A DNA stretch of 64,000 bases, from assembly GCF_963921235.1 (NCBI RefSeq), contig NC_086108.1, positions 32,614,001 through 32,678,000 of the forward strand, read 5' to 3'. The position numbers and the translations under genes were made by a program. This document shows, in pieces, positions 1 through 12,175 of the stretch; positions within the stretch are counted from its first letter, which is position 1; every line of letters begins with the position of its first letter. The notes under the pieces are model-generated. The model made no database searches and was not told the origin of the DNA. It saw only the letters and a list, made by a program, of their open reading frames with translations. Origin of the DNA: Mobula hypostoma (taxonomy: Eukaryota).

Positions 1-362
1 CGGATTGGATCTCCAAGTTTTGAGATTCCCCTTGTGGCATACTAGTGCTATTTAAAGAAGTTCCCTTCGGAGCACACTCTTCTACTACCAAGTTCCCAGG
101 AGTTCCTCAGATCCAGCACTTAAATAGACATTTGTACATTGCAGCACTCTTCAAATGCTGGCGAGTATTAATGCCTGAAGAATGAATGTTGCAAGAGAAA
201 GGAGAGAGAGAGAGATCAAGCTCTCAGGATTTCAGTAGGACCTGGTAGGCTGGTGAAGGACATTCCCATGGGTGGCAAGCTCTTTGAGGAAGGAGCCACG
301 GTGAACCTCCAGGCCTACAGCTGGGTCCTCCATGCAGGAGGACTTTATACAGAGTAAGTCAC

Positions 363-766
363 ATGTCAGTGTGTCAGCTCCATAGTATCCAAGACATCTT
401 CAAAGACCAGTGCCTTAGGAAAGCAGCATCCATCATTAAGGATCCCTGCCACCCAGGACATGCCCCCTTCTCATTGTTAGTCAGAAAGGAGGTACAGAAG
501 CCCGAAGGCACACTCTCAGTGATTCAGGAACAGCTTCTTCTCCACTGCCATACGATTCCTAAATGAACCCATGAATACTACCTCACTACATTTTTACTTC
601 TATTTTTTTCTCCTACTTATTTTAATTTAACTATTTAATAGATATTTGTATACTTACTTTTATTCAGTTTTTTTCTCTACATTTATCATGTACTTCATTG
701 TACTGCTGCTGTAAAAACAAATTTCATGACATATGCCAGTGACATTAAACTTGATACTGATTCTGA
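363..766 (+). mobile_element. Rex1/Babar-type LINE 3' fragment
   Basis: Translation SIQDIF..CLRKAASIIKDPCHPGHAPFSLL is typical of the Rex1 C-terminus; tail ...ttgatactgattctga. Confidence 0.75.
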
Positions 767-1997
767 TGTTAGGGAAAACCTGCAATGATAGCAAATCCCT
801 GCTTCTGTGGGCCCAAAGCAGATAAATCTCTCCTCAAGTATGGAGATAAAGTGCCGTCTCTAATGCAGCAGTGAGGAGGAAACTGTGATATGTGGTAGAG
901 ACGAATGGTCGCAGCCTGGGATGATCCCTAGGCTCGGGAGCGGAGGGTGTCTATGTCCTTGATCTCCACAGGCAAAGGGATGTACGTGTGTCTATACTTG
1001 AGTCTGCAGGTTACAGATCTCAGCGAGGGCTATCTTAGTAAGCCCAGACCCGGGCAGGCATTACTGTTCATTGATGTATTGCGCGACGAGACTTCCTGTG
1101 GCTCCCGCTACATAACATTTGCTGTTGCCTTGATGTCTCTGATACCTAAGATGCATCTCCTTGCCACTGATAGAATGGTGGATGTGGGCAAATACCCATT
1201 AAAAATCAGTTCCTGAATGGAGAAAATCTATTGATGATATAAAGAACACTAAAATGTGACCAGTGCCCAGAGTAAGCAGTTAGAATCCAGAGTGCTGTGG
1301 AGAATGTTAACGAACGGTACACTCCGAGTACTGGCCGCTTTATAAAGAGTTATTTCAGGAGGAAAATCATGAGCAGAAGTTACTGGCCCTGCATGTGAGT
1401 AAGAGCTTTTGTTCTACAGATCAATGAGGTTGAAAATCAGGCTGAAGATAAAAACTGAGCCTTGCATTTTTCTTTAATGTCATTGGGGAGACTTTAATCA
1501 AATTTTATTTCCTAGTTCTGACAAAGATCCTACTGCATATTCCGTAATGGAATTTCCCACTGACTAGGTGTGCAGAAATATGAAATATTTTATTACTCTC
1601 TGGATTAAACCTTCTTCAATTGTATATCACTGTTCTATTGAGCATTATGAGAAATATTTTACAAGTCTCATTGCTTTGTTTGCTCGATTTTTAGTCTTAT
1701 TCACTTTTAGTATCTTTAACCAATCTTCAAATTCTCAGGCTCTTCACCATCTCTTTGACTTCCCTCATTTTTTTTAAAGAAGCATACGGTATGCTTCATC
1801 AGGGACCTTACTTCCATCATAGGGTCAAAGCTGGGTATGTTCACTGATATTTGCCCAATGTTGAGTTCTATTTGCAAATCTTCAGCAAATGAAGCAGTCC
1901 TTGCCCACATGCAGCAGAATCTAAATATTTCAGGTATGTGCATATAAGTGACAAGTAAAACTTATATCATGGAAATTCTAGTCAATGAGAGAGTCTC

Positions 1998-2818
1998 AAA
2001 TGAAATACAATGTTGGAAAGTGTATGGTTATGCACTTTAGTAGAAGAAATAAACGGGCAGACTATTATTTAAATGGGGAGAGAATTCAAAGTTCTGAGAT
2101 GCAATGTGTCTTGGGAGTCCTCGTGCAGGATACCCTTAAGGTTAACCTCCAGGTTGAGTCGGTGGTGAAGAAGGTGAATGCAATGTTGGCATTCATTTCT
2201 AGAAGAATAGAATATGGGAGCAGGGATGTGATGTTGAGGCTCTATAAAGCACTGGTAAGACCTCACTTGGAGTACTGTGGGCAGTTTTGGTCTCCTTATT
2301 TAAAAAAGGATGTGCTGATGTTGGAGAGGGTTCAGAGAAGATTCACTAGAATGATTCTGGGAATGAGAGGGTTAACATATGAGGAACGTTTGACCGCTCT
2401 TGGACTGTACTCCCTGGAGTTTAGAAGAATGAGGGGGGACCTCATAGAAACATTTCGAATGTCGAAAGGCATGGACAGAGTGGATGTGGCAAAGCTGTTT
2501 CCCATGATGGGGGAGTCTAGTACGAGAGGGCATGACCTAAGGATTGAAGGGTGCCCATTCAGAACAGAAATGCAAAGAAATTTTTTTAGCCAGAGGATGG
2601 TGAATCCATGGAATTTGTTTCCATGGGCAGCAGTAGCGGTCAAGTCATTGGGTGTATTTAAGGCAGAGATTAGTAGGTATCTGAGTAGCCAGGGCATCAA
2701 GGGTTATGAAGGCAGGGGAGTGGGACTAAATGGGAAAATGGATCAGCTCATGATAAAATGGCAGAGCAGACTCGATGGGCCGAATGGCTGACTGCTGCTC
2801 CTTTGTCTTATGGTCTTA
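1998..2818 (+). mobile_element. CR1 LINE 3' fragment (C-terminal RT/thumb region)
   Basis: ORF 1985-2791 contains LYKALVRPHLEYC, LERVQRRFTRMI, RRMRGDLIE and FFSQR; 3' UTR ends gggccgaatgg...tcttatggtctta. Confidence 0.92.
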
Positions 2819-2904
2819 ATCATTGGCCCATTCAATGGTATTATGTCACTATTTCTCTTTTTTCAATATCCTGAGAGTCACGATTAACCAGGACTTCAAC
2901 TGGA

Positions 2905-3133
2905 AGTGAGAGAAGAGGAGAAATTGCCTTTAAACTCACGAGAGAGTATAGGCCATCAACTTCTTTTTGTTGATGTTTCTGTGGCAGGTAATTTCTTTTT
3001 TTACGAGGTTGAGTTGCTAACTCGACGCTCAACCCAGCACGGATGGAAAGCGTGCACGGGAGCCAGCTGGATTCGAACTTGGAACCTTCCGCCCCAAAGT
3101 CCAGCGCTGATGCCACTACGCCACCAGCCAGCC
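2905..3133 (-). mobile_element. tRNA-derived SINE, 229 bp, with 12-bp TSD
   Basis: Minus strand has A box TGGCGTAGTGG and B box GTTCGAATCC; TSD acttcaactgga at 2893-2904 and 3134-3145. Confidence 0.88.
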
Positions 3134-4269
3134 ACTTCAACTGGACCAGCTACCATATATTGTGGATACAAGAGCAGGTCAGAGATTATGTACAGTATTC
3201 CGTGGTGAGTGACCCACTTCCTGATACCCCAAATTTATTCCACAAGCTTTTTCTGCAAGGTACATGTTAGGACTGTGATGGAAGATTTCCATAAGCCACA
3301 TTGATGCAGATCCAATTATTTTCATGCACTTCAACACAATCCATGATGAAGCAGCTTGTTTCATTGTCACACTATCAACAATCCTAAAAAACAACTTTCT
3401 CCTCGGATGTGCCCAGTGGTCATAGTGTACAACTGCACTGCATTGCTATTGGTCCCACAGTAATTCCCAAACCCATGACCTTTCCCACCAAGAAGGATAA
3501 GGCCAACAGGAACATGAGGACACTACCACCTGCAATTTTCCCTCCATACCCATCATCATGATTTTGAAATATGTCGCTTCTCCATCATCGTTGGATCCAA
3601 ATCCTAGAACTCACTACCCAATAGTAGTTGTAGAACTACCTTCAGCAAGTAGGCTGAAATGTTTCAAGAAGGAAACTCATTACCCAATAGCATTGTAGGA
3701 CTATCTTCAGCAAGTAAGCTGAAACGTTTTAAGAAGGAAACTTATTAGCATGCTCTTAAGGGCAATTAGTAATAGACACCCAATTTTAGATAAATAAATA
3801 ATATTGCTAGTGACCGCTCCCTCCATTTTAATCAGATAAGCCAAGGGTTCTCCAAGCAGAAAAAAAATGTATGTTTTGGAAACACATCTGACTTTAAAAT
3901 GCAAATAAGAATTCATAGTTGTTAAACATCAGCCTTCCTCACACAAAAAAAACTGATATACATAATTACAGACTACTAGGACGTTCCTACATACCATCTT
4001 TTGGAAGTTGGCTAATGTTAATTCAAAAGACGGGTTGATACCTCTTTCTCAACAATGGCTCAACACAGAAATGTTCTTTAAGATGTTACATGGAGCCACA
4101 TTCTCCAGGTTCACTGCCCTGGTTTGTGCTAAAGCATCTACATTTGGCTTCATAAATGGAAATTGTTAGGAGAACATATAAGTACGAGAGCAAGGCAGAG
4201 TAAGAAAATAACTAATAATATCATTAATACTTAATGGTCTTATTATAATACTAATACCATTAATATTAT

Positions 4270-4452
4270 ATTTTGTCTTCAAATTTGACCTACCAAAATG
4301 AACCACTTCAAACTTACCCGTTGAACTCCATCTGCCACTTCTCAGCCCAGTTCAGCATCATATTGATGTCCCACTGCAACCTCTGATAGCCCTCCAGACT
4401 ATCCACAACACCCCCCAACTTTTGTGTCATCCGCAAACTTACTAACCCACCC
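4270..4452 (-). mobile_element. CR1 RT fragment
   Basis: Translation KLGGVVDSLEGYQRLQWDI..WAEKWQMEFN. Confidence 0.8.
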
Positions 4453-4670
4453 TTCTTCTTCCTCATCTTCCTTAATATTGACTGAGAAAATACAGAAGAT
4501 ATTAATGATGAATTGTCTTCATGAAAAGCCATTTGATTTGTACATTGTCCTCTACAAGGATACCACAAGCAGCAATTAAGAGCCACTATGTCTGGAATCT
4601 TGTCAAGCAATAAGTAGTTCAGCTTGTGGCCAAACTTAGTACTTGAAACCTAGAGTCTTCTTGGCATCCA

Positions 4671-5541
4671 CAAGATGGCGCCAGTGACCAATGGCGACAT
4701 CCTGCAGATGAGATGCAAATTACTTCTACTTATTCTTCTTATTCAGTATGCATCTTCTCCTGAACCGCGATCGATTGCAGGCTGTAATTTCCATTTTGAT
4801 TATGTATTTTTGGGCCGATTGATCAATCTGACTCCTTTGCTATCTCCTTGGGAACTCTGTGAGATTGAGAGCAGGGTGTACGGGTATCATTTTCTAGTGG
4901 CAGAACATGAACTCATGGGCGGCTTCATTACTCCTCTCTGATTAAAGCGTTGAGCAAGATTGGAATGAATGAGGACGAGAACGGAAGACACATGGGTGTT
5001 CAATGCCTTCTGCCCGTGTTTGACCTCTCTCGCTACTGCTGGAGGAAGGTGCAGGTTCATTCTCCTCGGGTCAGCTCGTGGTTGTGGTCCTCTCTTTCGG
5101 AGGACTCTATGCTTTGGTTTTTAACGTCCTCAGTACTGAATGCACTCCGCGTCTGTGGATTTGTTTCTGGAGGACTCTGTGGTTCGTGTTCCATGTGTTT
5201 CTTGTTACCCTTGTTTGCTATTTGCGCAAATTGATCGAGGCATTTCGGCTCTGTGCTGAGACCTGCAATCATTGACACAGCGCTAAACTGAACTGATTCG
5301 GTGGCTGTCACGTCCGAACCATTTTGGGAACTCTTGCAGTTTGATGTTTAATATTCTGTGTGGGATTTGCTCAGTTTTTGCTGTTTGTGCAATTTGTTCT
5401 TTGTTTCGCACGCTGGGTGTCTGATGTCTTTGTTCCATGGTGTTTCTCTGTTTCGTGGCCGTCTGCAGGAGGACAAATCTCAGGGCGAGCTATACTGTAT
5501 ACAATACACGCTTTGATAATAAATGTACTTTGAAACTTTGA
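4671..5541 (+). mobile_element. Probable non-autonomous LINE derivative (Rex1-like ends)
   Basis: Starts caagatggcgcc, has a non-coding body, and ends aataaatgtactttgaaactttga; same architecture as 58097-58978. Confidence 0.45.
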
Positions 5542-7281
5542 AGCATAGGAACAACTTGTTCCTCCAGCATTGTTGGAGATAAATGGGAAAGTGAGGCCAG
5601 CTATGTCACTGTCAAATCTTATTTATTTAAAATAAACACAATGTGCATAAAACTAAATGTGCTTGAAAGGATTACAGTACCATACTTGTCAGACTACACC
5701 ATAAGGATTATGTTATTTCCTTCAACATTCTTATTTTAATGATACAGACAAACAGAAAGACCAGATTCTAAATTTTCAACCGCATACTTGAAAGACCAAA
5801 TTGAAGTAGTCTTTAGCCTACTGATTTCAATCAATCAAAGTGGTAAATCACGCAGTCCTGGAATTTCCTTGCTGAGTATCCTCATGAGCAAAAAAATGGC
5901 AATTTCTTGTTCTTTAATTAAGAATCACCCAGTAAATTAGAACAAAGGATGTGAAACCATCATTAGGAACTGCTTCCTTCTCTGCTGCTTTTGAACATAG
6001 CTTCCTGCGAAGGTTGGAATTCCTCCAGGAATGCCTTGGAATCTTAGGAAATTAGGGATTCAACTCCTCAGCAAGCAACCTAGGGAGAAAATAGTTGTTA
6101 TTAAACTTGATTTGTATTTTTACCATCTTTTGACCCAGCAGTTATTAAATATTAGGAATGGAACAAAATGCTGTTTGACTGGATGTACTAGCTAGAAATG
6201 GGAACTCACATAAAGAAATTGGTAGGGCCACATCAAACCAGTTTTGTTAAGTAGAAATCCTGATCTCATGTGGTAAATAAATAATTTCATTAAAATGCAA
6301 AGTTAATCAACTGGAGTTCTGTTTCACACAAGTTACAACTTGAATGTCACTTCCTGTATGTACAGTTCTTACAGCCGCAGGTTATTGTTTCCTATACCAT
6401 TATCTTATGACTAGTTTGTCAGTTACTAGTTTTGTATGATGCTTAAGCCCAAGGACTTAAGACTGAGCAGTTACGTATACCGATGAGATATTTCCTATAT
6501 TAGTAATATTTTGCAAAGAGGAATGGTTTGAGAGTCACAGCTACTTTCTGTCAAAACAAGTTTCTGTTGATAACTGGTGTTTATATTCGATGTGAATTTC
6601 CACCCGCGCCAATTGCTCCTTCCACCTTCTTCCTCCCTCAGTTCACACAACCATTAAAATCACTCTCCGGAATGCTAAGAGACAGCAGGTAAGCAAATTA
6701 ACAAAAATACTTCATTAAACAAAATAACTTGTCTGGAGAGAGCATTTCTTTTCTCTCTATCAGCTTCCATACGGGCAAATTAAATCAAGAATGCTAATGT
6801 TGGGTAGTTTAAGTGCACTTGCTCACGTGATCCAATTCTTATGGGGAGGGGAGGGCCTCATACCTTACAACTTGCATCTGAAAACAATTTCTCTATAACT
6901 ATCAAAGTTGGTGCTGGCGATATATGGCAGCATTTGCAGGCCGATTAAAAAAAAGATACTTTACTAGATATACTGAACTACAACCACTGTGAACTACACC
7001 CTGTAATTTCCCTTTAAGGAATGTACTTTTGAACTGTATAAAGGAATTAGTGATTATATGATCTCCTAAAGGATTCAGTAAACTTGAATCTTGAGAAAGC
7101 AGGTACGGCCGGGGTGGCCATTCCCAGGGGTGGATGCTGTGTCGAGGGTAGAGAACAAAAAATTAACCCATGCCTAGCTCTATTACTCTGTGTTAATTAA
7201 AGCGCTGAGGTAGATTAAAATGTTGAGGCCTGAGAGTGGAAAACAAGCCGATATTTGATGCACCTCTCTCACTTCTCACTA

Positions 7282-7411
7282 CAGGTTTCCCCCGCCATCC
7301 GAAGGTAGAGCGTTCCTATGAAATGGTTCGTAAGCCAGAATATCGTAAAGCGAAGAAGCAATTACCAGTGTGGTTTTGTAAAGTGAATGTTCGAAAAGTG
7401 GGGGACACCTG
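7282..7411. mobile_element. Tc1/pogo (Tigger-like) MITE, 130 bp
   Basis: TIRs caggtttcccccgc / gtgggggacacctg; TA on the left flank, CA on the right. Confidence 0.7.
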
Positions 7412-7744
7412 CATACCGTCAGAATGTACACTGTCCATGGTTGGTGAGAAAGAGAGATAGAGAGAGCAGTGGTAATTGGGGTGAAGATAGAAGCTGGTAG
7501 AGAGTGACATCACCTCCAGCAGCCCAGCTCACACCCAATCTTCACTTTCTCGTCAGCATCACGTCATCAAATTCCCAAAACTTTACTCAACACCACTATG
7601 AGAGTACTTTCACAGACTCACAGTTCAAGACAGGGGATGATACTAAATCTGGGCTTAGTCAGGGTCTCTCTCATCTTAACATTGACTTTTAAAGTTAATC
7701 TGGTGTAGTGAAAAGATAATTCTTTAGAGAAGAAGTATTGTGAG

Positions 7745-8272
7745 CAGTTTTGGGCTCCTTATTTAAGAAAGAATGTGACATTGGAGAGAGCCGGAGGATG
7801 TTCATGAGAATGATTCTGGGAATAAAAAGCTTGTCTGAAGAGGAACTGATGGCTCTGGGTCTTTACCTAGTGGAATTTAGAAGAATGGTGGGGAGGATCT
7901 CATTGAACCTATTGAATGTTGAAAGGCCTGGAGAGAGTGAATGTGAAGAGGATGTTTTCTATAGTGGTGGAGTCTTGGACCAGAGGGACAGAATAGAGGG
8001 ACCTCCGTTAGGAATGGAGATGAAGAGGAATTCCTTCAGCCAGAGTGTGGTGAATCTGTGGAATTCATCACCACAGGTGGCTGTGGAGGCCAGATCATTG
8101 GGTATACTTAGGGTGGAGGTTAAGAGCTTCTTGATTAGTCAGGGCGTGAAAGGTTACAGGGAAAAGGCAGAAGAATGTGGTTGAGAGGGCAATGGATCTG
8201 CCATGATCAAATGGCAGAGCAGACTCGATGGACCAAATGGCTTAATTCTCCTCCTATGTCTTATGGTCTGAT
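7745..8272 (+). mobile_element. Decayed CR1 3' fragment
   Basis: Translation LGLYLVEFRRM and NSFSQSVVNLWNS, followed by a CR1 3' UTR. Confidence 0.85.
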
Positions 8273-8554
8273 GATAGGTGAATGAAAAAAGAACTGACTT
8301 TTAAAAGAGGATTTAATTACAATTAAAACCAAAGAAATTTATCCTGAACACATAGATCTGATTCGGAGAGATGTAAATTATTAACAGACTTTAGTAATGA
8401 CTGGACTACATTCAATATGTTATAGGGATTTCCAAAATGAATAATAGATTAGATTTGGTACTTGTTCAGATATTACGATTGAACAATGAATGCTGACCTT
8501 GGCAGCATTACTCTCAACCTGACGATGGTTTTAAATTGCAGCACCATTACAGAT

Positions 8555-11290
8555 GACACACACAAAGTCCTGGAGGAACTCAGCAGGCCAGACAGCATTT
8601 ATGGAAAAGAATACAGACGACATTTTGGTGGGACTAGGAGGAAAAAAAGGAGAGGTGTAGAGTTAAAAGTTGAAGGAGGGGAGGAAGAAAGACAAGGTGA
8701 TAGGTGAAATGGGACAAGGAGGGGCTAAGGAAAGAGCTGGGAAGTGGATTGGTGAAAAAGATCCAGGGCTGGAGAAGGGGGAGTCTGATAGGAGAGGACA
8801 GAAGGCCATGGAAGAAAGAAAAGGGGGGAGGAGCACCAAAGGGAGACACTGGACAGGCAAAGAGATAAGATGAGAGAGGAAAGGGGAATAGGGAATGGGA
8901 AGGGGGGGGGGCGCATTACCAGAAGTTCGAGAAATCGATGTTCATGCCATCAGGTTGGAGGCTACCCTGATGGGATAGAAGGTATTGTTCCTCCAACTTG
9001 AGTGTGGCCTCATTACAACAGTGGAGGAGGCCATGGATAGACATATCAGAATGGGAATGAGAAGTGGAATTAAAACGGGTGGCCACTGGGAGATCTCACC
9101 TTTTCTGGCGAACCCAGTGTAGGTGCTAGGCAAAGCCACCTCCCAATCTACACCAGGTCTCACCGATATACAGGAGGCCACACCGGGAGTACTGAACACA
9201 GTATATGACCCCAACAGACTCATAGGTGAAGTGTCACCTCACCTGGAAGGACCGTTGGGGCCCTGAATGGTAGTGAGGGAGCAGGTGTAAGGGCAGGTGT
9301 AGCACTTACTCCTCGAACAGGACCCCACTAAGAAGCACCAGGCCATTGTCTCCCACATCGTCAGCAACCTTATTAACTTTGGGGATCTCCCATCCACTGC
9401 CACCAACCTCATAGTTCCCACACCCTGCACCTCCTGTTTCTACCTCCTACCCAAGATACACAAACTTGCTTGTCCAGGTAGACCCACTGTTTCAGCATGT
9501 TCCTGCCCCACTGAACTCCTATCTCATACCCCAACTCTGTTTTATCCCCCCTAGTTCAGTCCCTCCCTACCTACATCCGTGACATTTCACACACTCTGGA
9601 CCTTTTCAATGATTTCCAATTCCCTGGCCGCCATCATCTTATTTTCACTATGGATGTCCAGTCTCTATACACATCCACCCCCCACTAGGAGGGCCTCAAA
9701 GTTCTCTGTTTCTTTCTAGACACCAATCCCAGCCAGTTGCCCTCCACCACCACTCTCCTCCACCTAGCAGAACTTGTTCTCACTCCTAGTAATTTCTCCT
9801 GTGGCTCCTCCCACTTCCTTCAAACAAAAGTTGTAGCCATGGGCACTCGCATGGGTCCCAGCTATGCCTGCCTGTTTGTCAGTGTTCCAAGCCTACAGTG
9901 GTGACTGTCCAGCACTCTTCTTACGCTACATTGATGGTTGCATTGATGCTGCTTCCTGCACCCATGCTGAACTCATCGACTTCAACCACTTTGCCTCCAA
10001 CTTCCACCCTGCCCTCAAATTTACCTGGTCCATTTCCGACACCTCCCTCCCCTTTCTCGATCTCTTTGTCTCAGTCCCAGGAGACAGCTTATCTACTGGT
10101 GTCTATTAAAAACCCCCGGACTCTCACAGTTACCTGGACTATACCTCCTCCCACACTGTTACTTGTAAAAATGCCAGTTGCTTCTCCCTATTCCTCGTCT
10201 CTGCCGCATCTGCTCTCAGGATGCTTCATTCCAGAATGAAGGAGATGTCCTCCTTCTTCAAAGAAAGGGGCTTCCCTTCCTCACCACCAACGCTGCCCTC
10301 AACTGCAACTCTTCCGTTTCACACATATCTGCTCTCACCCCATCCTCCTACCACCGTACCAGGGATAGTGTTCCTCGTCCTCACCTATCATCCCACCACC
10401 AAGCACATTGGGACCCCCCCCCACCCACTTACTGCTTTCCGCAGGGATTGCTCCCTACTCAACTCCCTTGTCCATTCATTCCTCCCCACTGATCTTTCTC
10501 CTGGCACTTATCCTTGCAAGCGGAACAAATGCCACAGCTGCCCCGACTCTTCCTCCCTCACTATATTCAGAGCCCCAAACAGTCCTTCCAGGTGAGGCAA
10601 CACTTCACCTGTGAGTCTGTTTGTGTCATATATCGGTGAGACCTGACGTAGATTGGGAGACTGCTTCGCTGAGCTCCTACATTCCACCAGATAAAGTGGG
10701 ATCTCCCAGTGGCCACAGATTTTAATTCCACTTCCCATTCCCATTCTGATATGTCTATCCGTGGCCTCCTCTACTGTCGTGATGAGGAACAACACCTTAT
10801 ATTCCATCTGGGTAGTCTCCAACCTGACAGCAGGAACATCGATTTCTCGAACCTCTGGTAATGCCCCCCCCCCACGATTCCCTTTCCCCCTTTTCCCTCT
10901 CGCACCTTATCTCCTTACCTACCTGTTGCCTCCCTCTGGTGCCCCTACCCCTTTTCTTTCTTCCATGGCCTTCTGTCCCCTCCTATCAGACTCTCCACAC
11001 CAACTTCTCCAGCCCTGTATCTCTTCCACCAATCAACTTTCCAGTTCTTTACTTCATCCCTTCCCCTCCTGGTTTCACCTATCATCTCGTGTTTCTCCCT
11101 CCCCTTCTCTCCCCACCTTTTAACACTACCCCTCATCTTTTTTCCTCCGGCCCTGCTAAAGGGTCTCAGCCCGAAACATCGACGGTACTCTTTTTCCATC
11201 GATGCTGCCTGGCCTGCTGAGTTCCTCCAGCACTCTGTGTGTGTGTCTTGGATTGCCAGCATCTGCAGATTTTCTCTTGTTTCTGATTGG
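8555..11290 (+). mobile_element. Penelope-like element with an inverted 5' copy of its 3' end and a 12-bp TSD
   Basis: RT motifs QTKVVAMGTRMGPSYA, FLRYIDGC and LPFLDL; GIY-YIG remnant HFTCES..VIY-IGET. 8555-9310 is the reverse complement of about 10510-11245. TSD accattacagat at 8543-8554 and 11291-11302. Confidence 0.88.
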
Positions 11291-11477
11291 ACCATTACAG
11301 ATAGCTGGGGAGGAACCAGAAGATTCAAATAACATAAATCAAGTGGCTAAACTGATAGAGAAAACCAAATGTTCTCTAATTCCAAGGACATCTTTGGTAA
11401 AAGTAATATTCTGTCTTAAGAATTTTCTGCAGGGTGCTACGATTTTTTGACTCAAAAGCAAGAAATCTTACTGCTAG

Positions 11478-12175
11478 GACAAGAAAATCTGCAGATACTG
11501 GACATCCAAAGCAACATGCACAAAATGCTGGAGGAACACATCAGGCCAGGTGGCATCTGTGGAAAAGAGTAAACAGTCAACGTTTTGGGCTGAGACCCTT
11601 CATCAAGAGTGGGAAAAAAAGATGAGAAGTTAGAGCAAGAAGGAGTGGGGAGGGGAGAAAGAGGCACAAGGTAGTAGGTGATAGGTGAAACTGGGAGAGG
11701 GGTGGGGTGAAGTAAAGAGCTGGGAAGCTGATGGGTGAAAGAGAGAAAGGGCTGGAGAAGGGGGAATCTGGTAGGAGAGGGCAGAAGACCATGGAAGAAA
11801 GGGAAGGGGGAGGAGCACCAACGGGAGGTGATGGGCAGGTAAGGAGATAAGCTGAGAGAGGGAAACAGAAATGGGAATGGTGAAGGGGGGGGGGGAATTT
11901 ACCAGAATTTCAAGAAATTGATGTTCATGCCATCAAGTTGGAGGCTACCCAGACGGAATTTAAGTTGTTGCTCATGCAACCTAAATGTGGCCTCATCATT
12001 GCAGCAGGGGAGGCCACGGACTGACATGTTGGAATGGGAACTAGAATTGAAGTGGGTGGCTACCGGGAGATCCCACATTTTCTGTCAGACGGAGCGTAGC
12101 TGCTCAGCAAAGTGGTTTCCCGATCTATATCAGGTCTCACCAATATACAGAAGGCCACAATGGAAGTACCGGATA
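11478..12175 (-). mobile_element. Penelope-like 3' fragment
   Basis: Homologous to 8555-9200: endonuclease C-terminus, purine-rich tract and terminal repeat with a degenerate hammerhead at about 11575-11610. Confidence 0.8.

Larger units (their letters stand above)
1790..3790 (+). mobile_element. Old decayed CR1/L2-group LINE, interrupted by a younger CR1 fragment and a SINE
   Basis: Remnant RT motifs: LGMFTDIC (FADD-like) and MQQNLN, resuming as NWTS and RAGQR segments after the insertions. Confidence 0.55.

Noticed and set aside
770..1500. Possible decayed Tx1/L1-like ORF1 (minus-strand GICYHCR zinc-knuckle-like string near 780-800)
   Set aside because: Only a half motif is visible, with many stops; too degraded to call without a profile search.
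3060..3133. tRNA gene (also 14111-14185 and 59797-59870)
   Set aside because: The tRNA-like heads continue into SINE bodies with tails or TSDs, and no complete cloverleaf with a poly(T) terminator is evident.
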